From a virus (taxonomy: Duplodnaviria; Heunggongvirae; Uroviricota; Caudoviricetes): a DNA stretch of 51,681 bases. Below the pieces are notes generated by a model. It had not been told where the DNA came from. It was given only the letters and a program-made list of their open reading frames with translations, and ran no database searches. Location of the stretch: positions 119,152 through 170,832 of the IMG/VR virus record IMGVR_UViG_3300047392_000113; one strand, 5' to 3'. A program made the translations under genes and the position numbers. Below, piece after piece: positions 9,855 through 19,083 of the stretch (positions are counted from its first letter, which is position 1; each line of letters begins with the position of its first letter).

Positions 9855-10113
9855 AAATGAGATTATGCTTATCTGCCAAGAGGAATGTGCAGAAGTAACG
9901 CAAGCAATTAGTAAGGTTTTCCGTTTTGGGATGGAATCAACCCACAATGGGGCATCTAATCGTAGTCGTCTAACTGAAGAAGTTGGTGACTTGCTTTGTA
10001 TGATTGAGTTGATGATTGAACATAAGATTCTTGATGCACAAGCAGTTGGTCAAGCTGGATTGAAAAAGCGTGAGAAACTACTGAAGTGGTCGTCTATTGG
10101 AGCTAAACAATGA
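9841..10113 (+). CDS. MazG-like nucleotide pyrophosphohydrolase
   Basis: EECAEVTQAISK...EEVGDLL acidic helix pattern. Confidence 0.75.
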   Translation: MNSVENEIMLICQEECAEVTQAISKVFRFGMESTHNGASNRSRLTEEVGDLLCMIELMIEHKILDAQAVGQAGLKKREKLLKWSSIGAKQ

Positions 10114-10361
10114 ACGAACGAATTCGCAAACTCGCTGAACAGGCTGGATGCACTATTGATGGCATGGGATATGGCGAAGGGAATGTTGAAAAGTTCGCCG
10201 AGTTGATTGTGCAGGAATGTATTGAGCAGGTAAGAGGAGAATTTCTGCCTGTGCTAGAAGATAAAGAAATGATGAAAGACACACATTGGGATGGTTACAT
10301 TCAATGCGGTGTTGATAGTGTTGTAGCAATTAGAGAACATTTTTACGGGGTTGAGGAATGA
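10110..10361 (+). CDS. Hypothetical phage protein (EKFAELIVQEC family)
   Basis: ATGA-coupled ORF; paralog of the next gene. Confidence 0.7.
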   Translation: MNERIRKLAEQAGCTIDGMGYGEGNVEKFAELIVQECIEQVRGEFLPVLEDKEMMKDTHWDGYIQCGVDSVVAIREHFYGVEE

Positions 10362-10621
10362 ACAAAGGATTGATTCGAGACTTGGCTATTACTGGCGGCA
10401 TATATGACTGTATCACCGATCCCTACGATAAGTTAAAGAATGGTGACCCATACAGTAGTGTCATGATTGATCTGGAACGATTTGCCGAAAAGATTGTTCA
10501 GGAGTGTATCCGTTGCTGTGAGCAAGTTATCAGTGATCCTGTTCCTGAATCAGTAGATACTTGGTTAAATGGTGGTTCGCAATGTATTGACGAGATTAAA
10601 CAACATTTTGGAGCTAAATAA
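10358..10621 (+). CDS. Hypothetical phage protein (ERFAEKIVQEC family)
   Basis: ATGA-coupled; shares FAE.IVQECI and I..HF.G with the previous gene. Confidence 0.7.
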   Translation: MNKGLIRDLAITGGIYDCITDPYDKLKNGDPYSSVMIDLERFAEKIVQECIRCCEQVISDPVPESVDTWLNGGSQCIDEIKQHFGAK

Positions 10622-10842
10622 TGATCCAAATTGAAAACCTAACACCTGAGCAGGTGGAAATGCTTGACACTATGTGGTCTCTTGATACATTCGAAGATTA
10701 TTGCGAGTATCTGGACACATTGAGTTCTGAAGATCGCAAGATGGCTGAGAGTCTTTCTCAGATTGTGATTCTTGCAGAAATAGATGAGTTGCTTGGACAA
10801 TGCGTCGAAGCTAAAGAAGTGTTACAAAAATTTGCCTTGTAA
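10621..10842 (+). CDS. Hypothetical protein
   Basis: TAATG-coupled ORF. Confidence 0.65.
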   Translation: MIQIENLTPEQVEMLDTMWSLDTFEDYCEYLDTLSSEDRKMAESLSQIVILAEIDELLGQCVEAKEVLQKFAL

Positions 10843-10860
10843 GAGAATACCGTGTATAAT
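10832..10860 (+). promoter_or_regulatory. sigma70 promoter
   Basis: TTGCCT-N17-TATAAT. Confidence 0.75.
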
Positions 10861-10866
10861 AAACCT

Positions 10867-11007
10867 ATGAAACCTAAAAACCTTGTTGCCAAGGATTTAA
10901 GGACTCCAAAGTACCGCATGCGTGTGGTGGAGTCTAAGGTTCATTACACACGCAAAACTAAGCACAAAGGACATGCAAATGGAATACCCGCACAAGCTGG
11001 TTATTGA
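10867..11007 (+). CDS. ArfA-like basic peptide (46 aa), not in ORF track
   Basis: MKPKNLVAKDLRTPKYRMRVVESKVHYTRKTKHKG...; resembles the ArfA core (L..P.FR.RV...KG.Y.RK.KH) but lacks GKGS. Confidence 0.5.
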   Translation: MKPKNLVAKDLRTPKYRMRVVESKVHYTRKTKHKGHANGIPAQAGY

Positions 11008-11176
11008 AGAAATCCCTGTTCCTGCAGGATATATCCGAACTATGATTGAATCCGATATGGTAAGTTATAAAACAACCAAAGAGTTTTATGCAACCGCAGA
11101 AGAGTTTTTAGCCTTCTGGCAACCATTAGTAGAACATTATGAAAGAGTGAAAAATGCAAACAGTATTCAAAACTGA
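10973..11176 (+). CDS. Hypothetical protein
   Basis: AAAGGA RBS before ATG 10973. Confidence 0.6.
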   Translation: MQMEYPHKLVIEEIPVPAGYIRTMIESDMVSYKTTKEFYATAEEFLAFWQPLVEHYERVKNANSIQN

Positions 11177-11450
11177 TCGAGAATTCGAAGAATTTAAAAC
11201 ATGGACTCTAGGACTACTTCATGACCGAAATGCAAAAGATTTGCGCATTACTTTTACCAAACGGGATGGCGCTGAACGGGAGATGCGATGCACCCTCGTC
11301 GAAGAAGCCATCCCTCAAGAGAAACAACCCAAAACCCAAAGTGAAGGTAGCCAGACTGCTGGATCCGCAGTTCGGGTCTTTGATGTTGAAAAGCAAGAGT
11401 GGAGATCGTTCCGCTGGGATTCTGTAACTAAAGTGAGTGTTGACCTATGA
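11154..11450 (+). CDS. WYL-like/SH3-fold phage protein
   Basis: FTKRDGAEREMRCTL...VFDVEKQEWRSFR. Confidence 0.7.
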   Translation: MQTVFKTDREFEEFKTWTLGLLHDRNAKDLRITFTKRDGAEREMRCTLVEEAIPQEKQPKTQSEGSQTAGSAVRVFDVEKQEWRSFRWDSVTKVSVDL

Positions 11451-11629
11451 AATACCTTTTTATTGTTGCGATTGTTATCGCCCTCGTTGTTCTTATGCCA
11501 TTTGCCACTATCTGGTCTATTAACACCCTATTTGGACTTACCATTCCATGGACATTTGATACTTGGTGTGCGTCACTAATTCTTAGTGGTGTTGTTGGTG
11601 GGTCAACTGGACTATCATTTAAGAAATGA
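11447..11629 (+). CDS. Small two-TM membrane protein
   Basis: Two hydrophobic helices; ATGA coupling. Confidence 0.65.
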   Translation: MKYLFIVAIVIALVVLMPFATIWSINTLFGLTIPWTFDTWCASLILSGVVGGSTGLSFKK

Positions 11630-12453
11630 TTCTAGATTATCCTGCCTACCATAATGGCAGTTTCTGTAAAGTCCGAGATCTACAGGTATCCATCTTAGAT
11701 CTCGGCTTTATTCATTCTGATGCAACTTATGATGTTATTGCAATTAAAGACGGTGAGTTTGTCAATCTAGATGCACACTTGACTCGCTTTAAGAAAAGTT
11801 GCGAAGGGTGGCGTATTCCTCTGCAATATACCGTTGAAGATCTTGAAGCAATTCTTCGTGTGCTGCACGTTAAAGTGCCATTGGATATTAAAGACTGCTT
11901 AGTTTGGATCGCTGTCACTCGTGGTATTCCTACTTCTGGAAACCCACGTGATCTGGCTTCTTGTGAGCCAAATTTCTACGCTTATATTAAACCTTATTTT
12001 GGTTTCAATAGTAGCAATTCTGCTACTGTGTGTCTCGCAAAGCAAAAGCGCAACGACGCTATCGACCAAACAATGAAGAACTTTGCTTGGAATGATCTAA
12101 ACCTTGCACAGTGGGAAGCTATTGATCGTGGTTATGATACAGCGATTCTAGTTGATCGTCGTGGATATGTAACAGAAGGTCCAGGATTTAATGTTGGGAT
12201 GATTCAAGGAGATACTGTCTATGCGCCAGAATCGAATCGTTTGAGTGGCACAGTTATGGAATTTGTTCGATATCGCTGTGTGAAAGAAGGTCTATCATTC
12301 AAGTATTCTGATATCAAACCAGAAGTATTTCTTCATTATGCTGATGCTATGTTTCTAACATCAACTGCTGGTAATGTTATTACTGTTACCGAATTTGAAG
12401 ATAGAACATTCCACGATAATGAGATTTTAACATGGTTGAAGAACGTCATCTAA
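11626..12453 (+). CDS. PLP fold-IV aminotransferase, (R)-amine transaminase-like
   Basis: GFIHSDATYDV, LDAHLTRF, MKNFAWNDL, EGPGFNV, LSGTV, FLTSTAG. Confidence 0.85.
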   Translation: MILDYPAYHNGSFCKVRDLQVSILDLGFIHSDATYDVIAIKDGEFVNLDAHLTRFKKSCEGWRIPLQYTVEDLEAILRVLHVKVPLDIKDCLVWIAVTRGIPTSGNPRDLASCEPNFYAYIKPYFGFNSSNSATVCLAKQKRNDAIDQTMKNFAWNDLNLAQWEAIDRGYDTAILVDRRGYVTEGPGFNVGMIQGDTVYAPESNRLSGTVMEFVRYRCVKEGLSFKYSDIKPEVFLHYADAMFLTSTAGNVITVTEFEDRTFHDNEILTWLKNVI

Positions 12454-13265
12454 AAGAAACTTTTATTAAAACTTATACAGCAGATGGAAATAATCATCTG
12501 CTGTTTTTACTTCCAGGTCAGAGTTTATCCCCAAGAGTTTTCTGGGATTATCCTACTGAAGAAGGTAGCCATGCGCAATGGTTATGTTCTCAGGGTATTG
12601 ACGTTGTATTATTTGATCCAGTTGGTTATGGTAAAAGTAGATCATTTTATCCATATGATCGAATTGAATATGCTCGCCAGATTTTAGAAGCAACACATTC
12701 ATTGACAAAGGAATACGAGAATAAAGTTGTATTCGGGTTTTCTACTTCTACTGCACCAGCATTGATCGCTTCTCAACGATACTTTAATAAAGTTATTATC
12801 CATAGTCCTGTTATTCGACAAGATCCAAAGTATTTTGTTCCACATGGCGAAGTAATGGATGTTTCAATTGATAAACTAATTCAAAATAGAATTGGTAATA
12901 TTAGTGATAAACTAATTCCAAAACCAAATAGAGTAGATAATTGGCGTGAAAAGATTCTTTCTGTTATCGGTAATACAGAATGGAAAGTACCTGCCAAAGT
13001 AGTACATGATGTTGGAAACTTTTATCCAAAACGTGGTACAAATGGATTTAGTCCAGAATTAGTACCACCAGTATTAAGTATTATCGGTGAGTATGATTAT
13101 GAAATAACCACTGGCGGATATGCATTATTTAAACAGTATTTCCCCGATAATAAAGAGGTTATTATTCCTAATTCAACTCACTTTTCTATGTGGGAAAACG
13201 AGTACAAAATAACCCTACAGACTGTAAGGGATTATGTTAAGGGCTTGACCTTTTTGCCAACTTAG
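12432..13265 (+). CDS. Alpha/beta-hydrolase-fold protein
   Basis: LPGQS, FDPVGYGKS, GFSTS nucleophile-elbow variant, IIGEYD, STHFSMWE; ends in TAG. Confidence 0.75.
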   Translation: MVEERHLKETFIKTYTADGNNHLLFLLPGQSLSPRVFWDYPTEEGSHAQWLCSQGIDVVLFDPVGYGKSRSFYPYDRIEYARQILEATHSLTKEYENKVVFGFSTSTAPALIASQRYFNKVIIHSPVIRQDPKYFVPHGEVMDVSIDKLIQNRIGNISDKLIPKPNRVDNWREKILSVIGNTEWKVPAKVVHDVGNFYPKRGTNGFSPELVPPVLSIIGEYDYEITTGGYALFKQYFPDNKEVIIPNSTHFSMWENEYKITLQTVRDYVKGLTFLPT

Positions 13266-13273
13266 GGTATAAT
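13211..13273 (+). promoter_or_regulatory. Stem-loop plus sigma70 promoter (PeSL-like)
   Basis: ACCCTAC-agact-GTAAGGG; TTGACC(13245)-N17-TATAAT(13268). Confidence 0.85.
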
Positions 13274-13301
13274 AGATACATATTAAGGAGGCTAAGAACC
13301 T

Positions 13302-14402
13302 ATGGCTACAGCAACGAAACGTGCAAAAGCACACGCTACACTACGTAAGACTATCGATGAACCGATGCTGAATCAGGAGAACTATAACGTTTCTCTGACC
13401 AGCGCATTGGTTTGGTATCGTGACAACGTAGACGAAAAGAAGATTCGCAAATTTGCTATCGAATACTTCGCAAAACTCGGCAAGAAAAAAGAAGTTATTG
13501 CCATCAATAAAGCAAACGACTATGATGTTCGCCAACTTGGCGTTCTGTGTCGTCTTGTGTCAAATGAAAACGTGCTCAGCGATGAACACATGAAGACCAT
13601 CGATAACTTGGTCAATCATATCATCCGCAAAGAAGCATTACCCCAAAAGATTAAAGAAGATAAAACAGTTGTTGTTCCAGTGGCAACTGTATCAATCCAA
13701 GACCGCATGGACGAAAAGGCTCATGATTTGGCTGGAGAGATCGAAGGTGCAATCGATGAGTTTGTCACCAACAAAACATCGTTCTCTGCAAAGAACTATC
13801 TGGCAGCTAATCAAGTTGCAGCACCCATCGCAAAACGTATTGGTGACATTTTCGCAAAACGCATTCCAGAAATCAAGGAAGCGATTGAGGGGGATGATGA
13901 CCAACTCGTGGAAGGTTACTCGCACTTCAACAAGCGTGAATTGAAGAAGTTCTTGGCATTCTTGGAAGAGATCGTCTCTGACTGCCAGCAACAAGTACAA
14001 AATGCCAAGGCTAGTCGTGCACCACGTAAACGTAAAGCAGCATCTCCTGCCAAGGTAGTGGCTAAGATGAAGTACATGAAAGAGTTTGCAGAACTCAAAC
14101 TCAAGTCTTGCAAGCCAGAAGACATTTTGACTGCCACTGAACTGTGGGTGTATAATACTAAGTACCGTAAAGTGACTTTGTATAAAACTGATGGTGGAAC
14201 ACTGTCTGTTAAGGGTACGACAATCCTCGGGTTCGATGTCAAAGAATCCAAGACAATGACACTACGTAAGCCAGAAGAATTCTTCAAAGGACTTGCTATG
14301 GGTAAACGTGCTCTGAATGGTGCGTTTAAGAAATTGACAACCAAACCTTCTGCTCCAAATGGGCGAGTAAATGAAGAGTGTATTTTGCTGGGAGCATTTT
14401 AA
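13302..14402 (+). CDS. Conserved T4-like hypothetical protein
   Basis: AAGGAGG RBS; LWVYNTKYRK, GRVNEECILL; lies upstream of rnh. Confidence 0.75.
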   Translation: MATATKRAKAHATLRKTIDEPMLNQENYNVSLTSALVWYRDNVDEKKIRKFAIEYFAKLGKKKEVIAINKANDYDVRQLGVLCRLVSNENVLSDEHMKTIDNLVNHIIRKEALPQKIKEDKTVVVPVATVSIQDRMDEKAHDLAGEIEGAIDEFVTNKTSFSAKNYLAANQVAAPIAKRIGDIFAKRIPEIKEAIEGDDDQLVEGYSHFNKRELKKFLAFLEEIVSDCQQQVQNAKASRAPRKRKAASPAKVVAKMKYMKEFAELKLKSCKPEDILTATELWVYNTKYRKVTLYKTDGGTLSVKGTTILGFDVKESKTMTLRKPEEFFKGLAMGKRALNGAFKKLTTKPSAPNGRVNEECILLGAF

Positions 14403-15307
14403 TGATTCTAATTGATTATAGCCAAGTTGCGCTTAGCACTATCCTTACGTTTCAACGAGAACTCAAAGGTACTGAGTCTGAGGTAAAGAACCTTATTCGT
14501 CACGTAACTCTTTCCACAATCAAATCTTACAAGCGTAAGTATGGTAAAGAATATGGAGAGATCGTTATCTGCTGTGATGGTCGTAAGTACTGGCGCAAGG
14601 AAATCTTTGAGCACTACAAAGCTAGTCGTAAAAAGATGCGTGAGGCTTCCGACCTTAACTGGAAACTAATCTTTGATACGCTATCAGAGATGCGTGAAGA
14701 TATCTCCAAGCATTTTCCTTACCGTGTTATTCATATCGATCGTGCAGAAGCAGACGATGTTATTGCATCAATGACTGTTTGGTGCCAGACTAATCAACTC
14801 AAACAAGAAGGTTTGGTTGAGGAACCGCAACCTATTCTTATTCTTTCTTCTGATAAAGACTTTAAGCAGTTGCAACTTCCACCATTCTCTGCGGGGAATG
14901 TGCGTCAGTGGTCACCTATGCAAAAGAAGTTTGTCACTGCCAGTAAGCAAGAGATTTTAGAATTTACGATTGAACATATCGTAAAGGGTGATACTGGTGA
15001 CGGTATCCCCAACATTTTGTCTGCCGATGATGTGTTTGTTAAGGGCGAACGTCAAAAACCTGTTAGTGCAAAACGTCTTGAAGAGTTTATGAAGGTTGGT
15101 CGTGCAGCTTGCCGTAGTGACGATGAGCGACGTAACTGGGATCGCAATGCTCGTCTTGTAGCATTCGATAACATCCCAACAGATATCGCAAACGAGATCT
15201 GGAACGCTTACCTAAATACTAAACCCACAGGTGACAAGATGTCGATTATGAACTACTTGATCGAACATCGTTGCCGTTTACTCCTAGATGAGATTGAGGA
15301 ATTTTGA
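14402..15307 (+). CDS. rnh: RNase H / 5'-3' flap exonuclease (T4 rnh-like)
   Basis: LIDYSQ, CCDG..YWRK, EADDVIA, SSDKDFKQL, GDTGDGIPN. Confidence 0.92.
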   Translation: MILIDYSQVALSTILTFQRELKGTESEVKNLIRHVTLSTIKSYKRKYGKEYGEIVICCDGRKYWRKEIFEHYKASRKKMREASDLNWKLIFDTLSEMREDISKHFPYRVIHIDRAEADDVIASMTVWCQTNQLKQEGLVEEPQPILILSSDKDFKQLQLPPFSAGNVRQWSPMQKKFVTASKQEILEFTIEHIVKGDTGDGIPNILSADDVFVKGERQKPVSAKRLEEFMKVGRAACRSDDERRNWDRNARLVAFDNIPTDIANEIWNAYLNTKPTGDKMSIMNYLIEHRCRLLLDEIEEF

Positions 15308-15750
15308 TGAGAAAATATGTAACAGAGGTATTTGCTGATATTAATGCAAACCCTAAATCGATAGAACAGTATGCAAAAGACCCACTGTATAATGTATTGC
15401 TTAAATCTTTATGCGAGCATGCATTTGATCCAGCAAAGAAGTGGCTTCTTCCAGAAGGACAACCGCCATTCAAAGTTGCTGCTGAACCACTGGGTATGAC
15501 CCCAACAAATCTTTATGGTGAACTGCGTAGACTTTATGTCTTCACTCGTGCGGATCTCAAGCCAGTCAAACGTGAACAACTATTCATCTCTTTGCTAGAA
15601 GGATTGCATCCAGATGAAGCTAAATTAATGTGCGCTATTAAAGATCAAACCCTACATAAACTTTATCCAAAGATTACTCGTAAGTTGGTCACTGATGCTG
15701 GCATTCTCCCACCTGTTGAGAAGAAAGCCAAAGAAAGTGGAACACCTTAA
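15307..15750 (+). CDS. Conserved T4-like hypothetical protein
   Basis: LPEGQPPF, REQLFISLLEGLHPDEA; follows rnh. Confidence 0.75.
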   Translation: MRKYVTEVFADINANPKSIEQYAKDPLYNVLLKSLCEHAFDPAKKWLLPEGQPPFKVAAEPLGMTPTNLYGELRRLYVFTRADLKPVKREQLFISLLEGLHPDEAKLMCAIKDQTLHKLYPKITRKLVTDAGILPPVEKKAKESGTP

Positions 15751-15949
15751 AGACGAAGACAGAGATTTCCTTCTTTTCCTTTTGAGTTTAGAAGAAGATG
15801 AGTTTAAAATGATGTTAGACTCAATGACTGATCAAGACGCTATGCGTGTTATGGTTATGATTCAGCAAGCCAAGGATGAAATCTTTGATCAGTGGATAGA
15901 AGAAAATGGCACACCACATGCTGATGAATTATTGGATAGAATTAAATGA
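15737..15949 (+). CDS. Hypothetical acidic protein
   Basis: GTG start inferred; coupled to the next gene. Confidence 0.55.
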   Translation: MEHLKDEDRDFLLFLLSLEEDEFKMMLDSMTDQDAMRVMVMIQQAKDEIFDQWIEENGTPHADELLDRIK

Positions 15950-16377
15950 AACAAAAGTGGGTTGATGCATTTATGGACACAGCGGAGCGATTTGCTCAGT
16001 TGTCCAGTGCCAAGAGGTTACAGGTCGGTGCGGTTGTCGTTAAGGATAACCGCATCATCTCAATCGGTTACAACGGAACACCAGCTGGTTGGGATAATAA
16101 TTGCGAGTATACTCCATATGATGACAACGGTGATCCTATGGACATTAAAACTAAACAAGAGGTCATTCATGCTGAAGCTAATGCGATCTCTAAGTTGGCA
16201 AGATCGAGCGAATCTGGTCTTGGCAGTGATATTTTTATTACTCACGCTCCTTGTGTGGATTGTGCCAAACTGATTTACGGTGCTGGTATAAATACGGTCT
16301 ACTACCGCAATTCTTACCGTGATACTAATGGGCTTGAATTTTTAGAAAAATGTGATATACAGGTGAATAAAGTATGA
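15946..16377 (+). CDS. cd: dCMP deaminase
   Basis: VGAVVV, GYNG, HAEANAI, PCVDC. Confidence 0.92.
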   Translation: MKQKWVDAFMDTAERFAQLSSAKRLQVGAVVVKDNRIISIGYNGTPAGWDNNCEYTPYDDNGDPMDIKTKQEVIHAEANAISKLARSSESGLGSDIFITHAPCVDCAKLIYGAGINTVYYRNSYRDTNGLEFLEKCDIQVNKV

Positions 16378-17249
16378 AGAAAATTATTGCTTTGATGATG
16401 TTGGTGTGTACAAATTTGTTTGCAGCGGAAACTATTAAAATCTATTCTCCATATAGCCCATCACACTCAGCGACTCCAGCTATGTTTAGAATCATTGATG
16501 AGGCAAACAAAGAACAGAGTATCTACAAGTTCATTCTCGAATTTCGTCCAGGTGGCAATCAGATTATTGCTCTTAAGTCTATGGACGAAAATAGTCTCGC
16601 AATCATTGCGCCAGCATTCGTGGAAAATGTAGCAGCAGGACAGATTAAAGAGTCTGACTATATTCCTGTTCATGCTCTTGGTGATGCATGCTGGGCTGTT
16701 ATCACAAATGGACCAATCAATGCTAACAAAGAGTTGACTGTTGGTGGTGTTGGGTTTGGTAATGCTGCACATCTAACTGCTCTTGCACTCGGAGAGAAAT
16801 ATAAGTTTGATGTCAAGTACATTGTGTTCAAGTCAAATAACGATGCGTTAGTTAATATGGCTGGCAACAACGGAATCTTTATGGTGATTGATCGTTATGA
16901 ATCTTACGAATCAATGAAGACAAAGAATACAAACTTGCAAGCATTCGCAGCTAGTTGTCCTGATAGACTACCGCAAGCACCCAATCTAAAGACTTTAAAA
17001 GAACTTGGAATTCAAGCACCATACGTCTTTAATATTACGATGGCTCATGTGTCTATGAGTACAGCAAGGCGTGAAAGTATCAAGCAAATTCTAAACAATG
17101 CTCAGAACAAAGTCGGTGCTGAAGAAATTTACAAAGTTTCTGGTATGAGGATTCCCAAAGAATCTGCTGAAGTGTTCTATAACAAATCAACTAAACTTGT
17201 AAAGACTCTACAAGAAAAGTACAGATCTGAGATTGAGAAATCAAAATGA
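16374..17249 (+). CDS. Bug/TctC-like periplasmic substrate-binding protein
   Basis: Signal peptide; RPGGNQIIA, GGVGFGNAAHL, LPQAPNLKTLKELG. Confidence 0.65.
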   Translation: MKKIIALMMLVCTNLFAAETIKIYSPYSPSHSATPAMFRIIDEANKEQSIYKFILEFRPGGNQIIALKSMDENSLAIIAPAFVENVAAGQIKESDYIPVHALGDACWAVITNGPINANKELTVGGVGFGNAAHLTALALGEKYKFDVKYIVFKSNNDALVNMAGNNGIFMVIDRYESYESMKTKNTNLQAFAASCPDRLPQAPNLKTLKELGIQAPYVFNITMAHVSMSTARRESIKQILNNAQNKVGAEEIYKVSGMRIPKESAEVFYNKSTKLVKTLQEKYRSEIEKSK

Positions 17250-17788
17250 TTAAACATGAGTGGTGGGCGACTCCAGTTTGGGAAGTTAAGACTGGATTTG
17301 ATACTAAATTTAACAATGAGTTGTTAAAAGAGATCGCATCAATCAAACCAACTGACGGATCATTCAACGTCTGGGATTATCGTCTACCAAGAATCATTGA
17401 ACTTGAGAGTTACATCTTAAAAACTGTCAACGATTCTATGGAAGAGTACCTACCCGAATATATGCAGAGAAAGTTATCTCTGTCAAGGGGATGGGTCAAC
17501 CGAAATCCTCCAGGAAATGCTCTTGCAGTACATAACCATGGTGGTGCTCTACTGGCTTGTACTTACTATCTTGTCACTCCTCCATATTGCGGAGATCTAC
17601 TATTGGTAGACCCACGTGGTGGTGCCAACTGGGGGTGGGAATATGAAGATGGAATCATTGGAGTGAAACATAAAAGAATCCGACCACTAGTTGGTAATCT
17701 TGTTTTCTTTCCAGCTTGCTTACTACACTCGGTCGAGGCTAATAAGTCTTATACTGCACGTGTAAGTCTTTCCACTAATGTCTATTGA
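17246..17788 (+). CDS. 2OG-Fe(II) oxygenase (TIGR02466-like)
   Basis: WVN...HNH, LLLVDPR, FFPACLLHSV...RVSLS. Confidence 0.85.
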   Translation: MIKHEWWATPVWEVKTGFDTKFNNELLKEIASIKPTDGSFNVWDYRLPRIIELESYILKTVNDSMEEYLPEYMQRKLSLSRGWVNRNPPGNALAVHNHGGALLACTYYLVTPPYCGDLLLVDPRGGANWGWEYEDGIIGVKHKRIRPLVGNLVFFPACLLHSVEANKSYTARVSLSTNVY

Positions 17789-17801
17789 CTAAATATACCA
17801 T

Positions 17802-18206
17802 ATGGCATACTCAACTAAAGTTATCGATCACTACGAGAACCCTCGTAATGTAGGATCCTTCGGCAAAGACGAAGAGGGAGTAGGCACAGGTATGGTTGGA
17901 GCACCAGCTTGCGGTGACGTGATGAAGCTACAAATTAAGGTAGATGATAATGGTATTATTAGAGATGCTCGTTTCAAGACATATGGATGCGGTTCAGCAA
18001 TCGCAAGTTCCAGTCTCGTCACTGAGATGGTTAAGGGTATGCACATTGATGATGCTAATAAACTTAAGAACTCTCAAATCGCTGAAGAACTAGCACTCCC
18101 ACCAGTTAAGATCCACTGTTCAATTCTAGCAGAAGATGCTATCAAGGCAGCTGTAAATGATTACCGTAACCGACACAGCAAAACAGAAAATCAAGCAGCT
18201 GCTTGA
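17802..18206 (+). CDS. iscU: Fe-S scaffold protein IscU
   Basis: GAPACGDVM, FKTYGCGSAIASSS, LPPVKIHCS; CTAAATA at 17789-17795. Confidence 0.95.
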   Translation: MAYSTKVIDHYENPRNVGSFGKDEEGVGTGMVGAPACGDVMKLQIKVDDNGIIRDARFKTYGCGSAIASSSLVTEMVKGMHIDDANKLKNSQIAEELALPPVKIHCSILAEDAIKAAVNDYRNRHSKTENQAAA

Positions 18207-18483
18207 GAAACGTGGTAAGGGAGTCGGCATTCGGTTAGGTGTTAAAACTACAGGATGCAGTGGCTTAGCTTATACGCTAGAATATGTCGATGAACACAAA
18301 ATAGAAATTGGTGTTACCAACTACGCTCAACCAGAATTCTCTGTGCTTGTAGACGCTAAAGCAGATGCCTACTTAAATGGTATGACAGTTGATTGGGTTC
18401 GCAATGGACTCAATGAAGGATTTGATTTTCAAAACCCAAACGAACGTGACCGATGTGGTTGCGGAGAAAGTTTCAGAGTATGA
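18157..18483 (+). CDS. iscA: A-type Fe-S carrier IscA
   Basis: GCSGLAY, NPN...CGCGESF. Confidence 0.92.
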   Translation: MITVTDTAKQKIKQLLEKRGKGVGIRLGVKTTGCSGLAYTLEYVDEHKIEIGVTNYAQPEFSVLVDAKADAYLNGMTVDWVRNGLNEGFDFQNPNERDRCGCGESFRV

Positions 18484-18785
18484 TTACAGTAACAGAAAAC
18501 GCTACAACTAAAATCGCTGATTTGTTAGCAGAGAACCAAGAAAACTTCTTGCGCATGTCAGTGCAAGGTGGTGGTTGTTCTGGTTTCACCTATGCATTTA
18601 TGTTTGATGATGTAGCCAACGAAGATGACTTTACTCTTGATAAAGTTGTTGTTGATGCAATGAGCATGCAATACTTGCAAGGTGCGACTGTAGACTACAT
18701 TGAAGATCTGATGGGGTCGTCATTCAGGGTGCAAAACCCAAACGCTGAAACAACTTGTGGATGTGGAAGCTCGTTCTCTGTATAA
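18480..18785 (+). CDS. erpA: A-type Fe-S carrier, ErpA-like
   Basis: [32 protein letters not shown]. Confidence 0.85.
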   Translation: MITVTENATTKIADLLAENQENFLRMSVQGGGCSGFTYAFMFDDVANEDDFTLDKVVVDAMSMQYLQGATVDYIEDLMGSSFRVQNPNAETTCGCGSSFSV

Positions 18786-18802
18786 AATATATTTTAAAAT
18801 AC

Positions 18803-18927
18803 TTGACTTTTTCCCACTTTTGGGGCATAATTCCTTATAAATAGATTACTAGCTGCAGGAAAAGACCCTACTGAATGTAAGGTTACTGCAGAAAGTACTT
18901 GACGAAAACAACTTTTTAGGACATAAT
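18803..18927 (+). promoter_or_regulatory. Tandem promoters: two sigma70 sites, one late TATAAATA, one stem-loop
   Basis: TTGACT(18803)-N17-CATAAT; TATAAATA 18836; hairpin 18864-18884; TTGACG(18899)-N17-CATAAT(18922). Confidence 0.85.
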
Positions 18928-18937
18928 TCTTTCTACT

Positions 18938-19054
18938 ATGAAAAACGTTTGTATATCCAGCATGCATAAACAGCTACCGTTAGTAAATAACGGCTGGACA
19001 AGCACACGCCCATCATTTGCGATTGAATATGATACTGGGGGTTTTGGCAAGTAA
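18938..19054 (+). CDS. Putative leader peptide (38 aa)
   Basis: MKNVCISSMHKQLPLVNNGWTSTRPSFAIEYDTGGFGK*; near-leaderless; 3' end pairs with the terminator arm. Confidence 0.55.
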   Translation: MKNVCISSMHKQLPLVNNGWTSTRPSFAIEYDTGGFGK

Positions 19055-19083
19055 GACTTAGAATACCATTAAGGTTACTTACC

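Noticed and set aside
10110-10621. Tandem paralogous small ORFs as a novel system
   Set aside because: A common type of small phage hypothetical with nothing pointing to a function
10922-10972. GTG-extended start of the 84-aa ORF
   Set aside because: It overlaps the ArfA-like ORF; ATG 10973 has the better RBS
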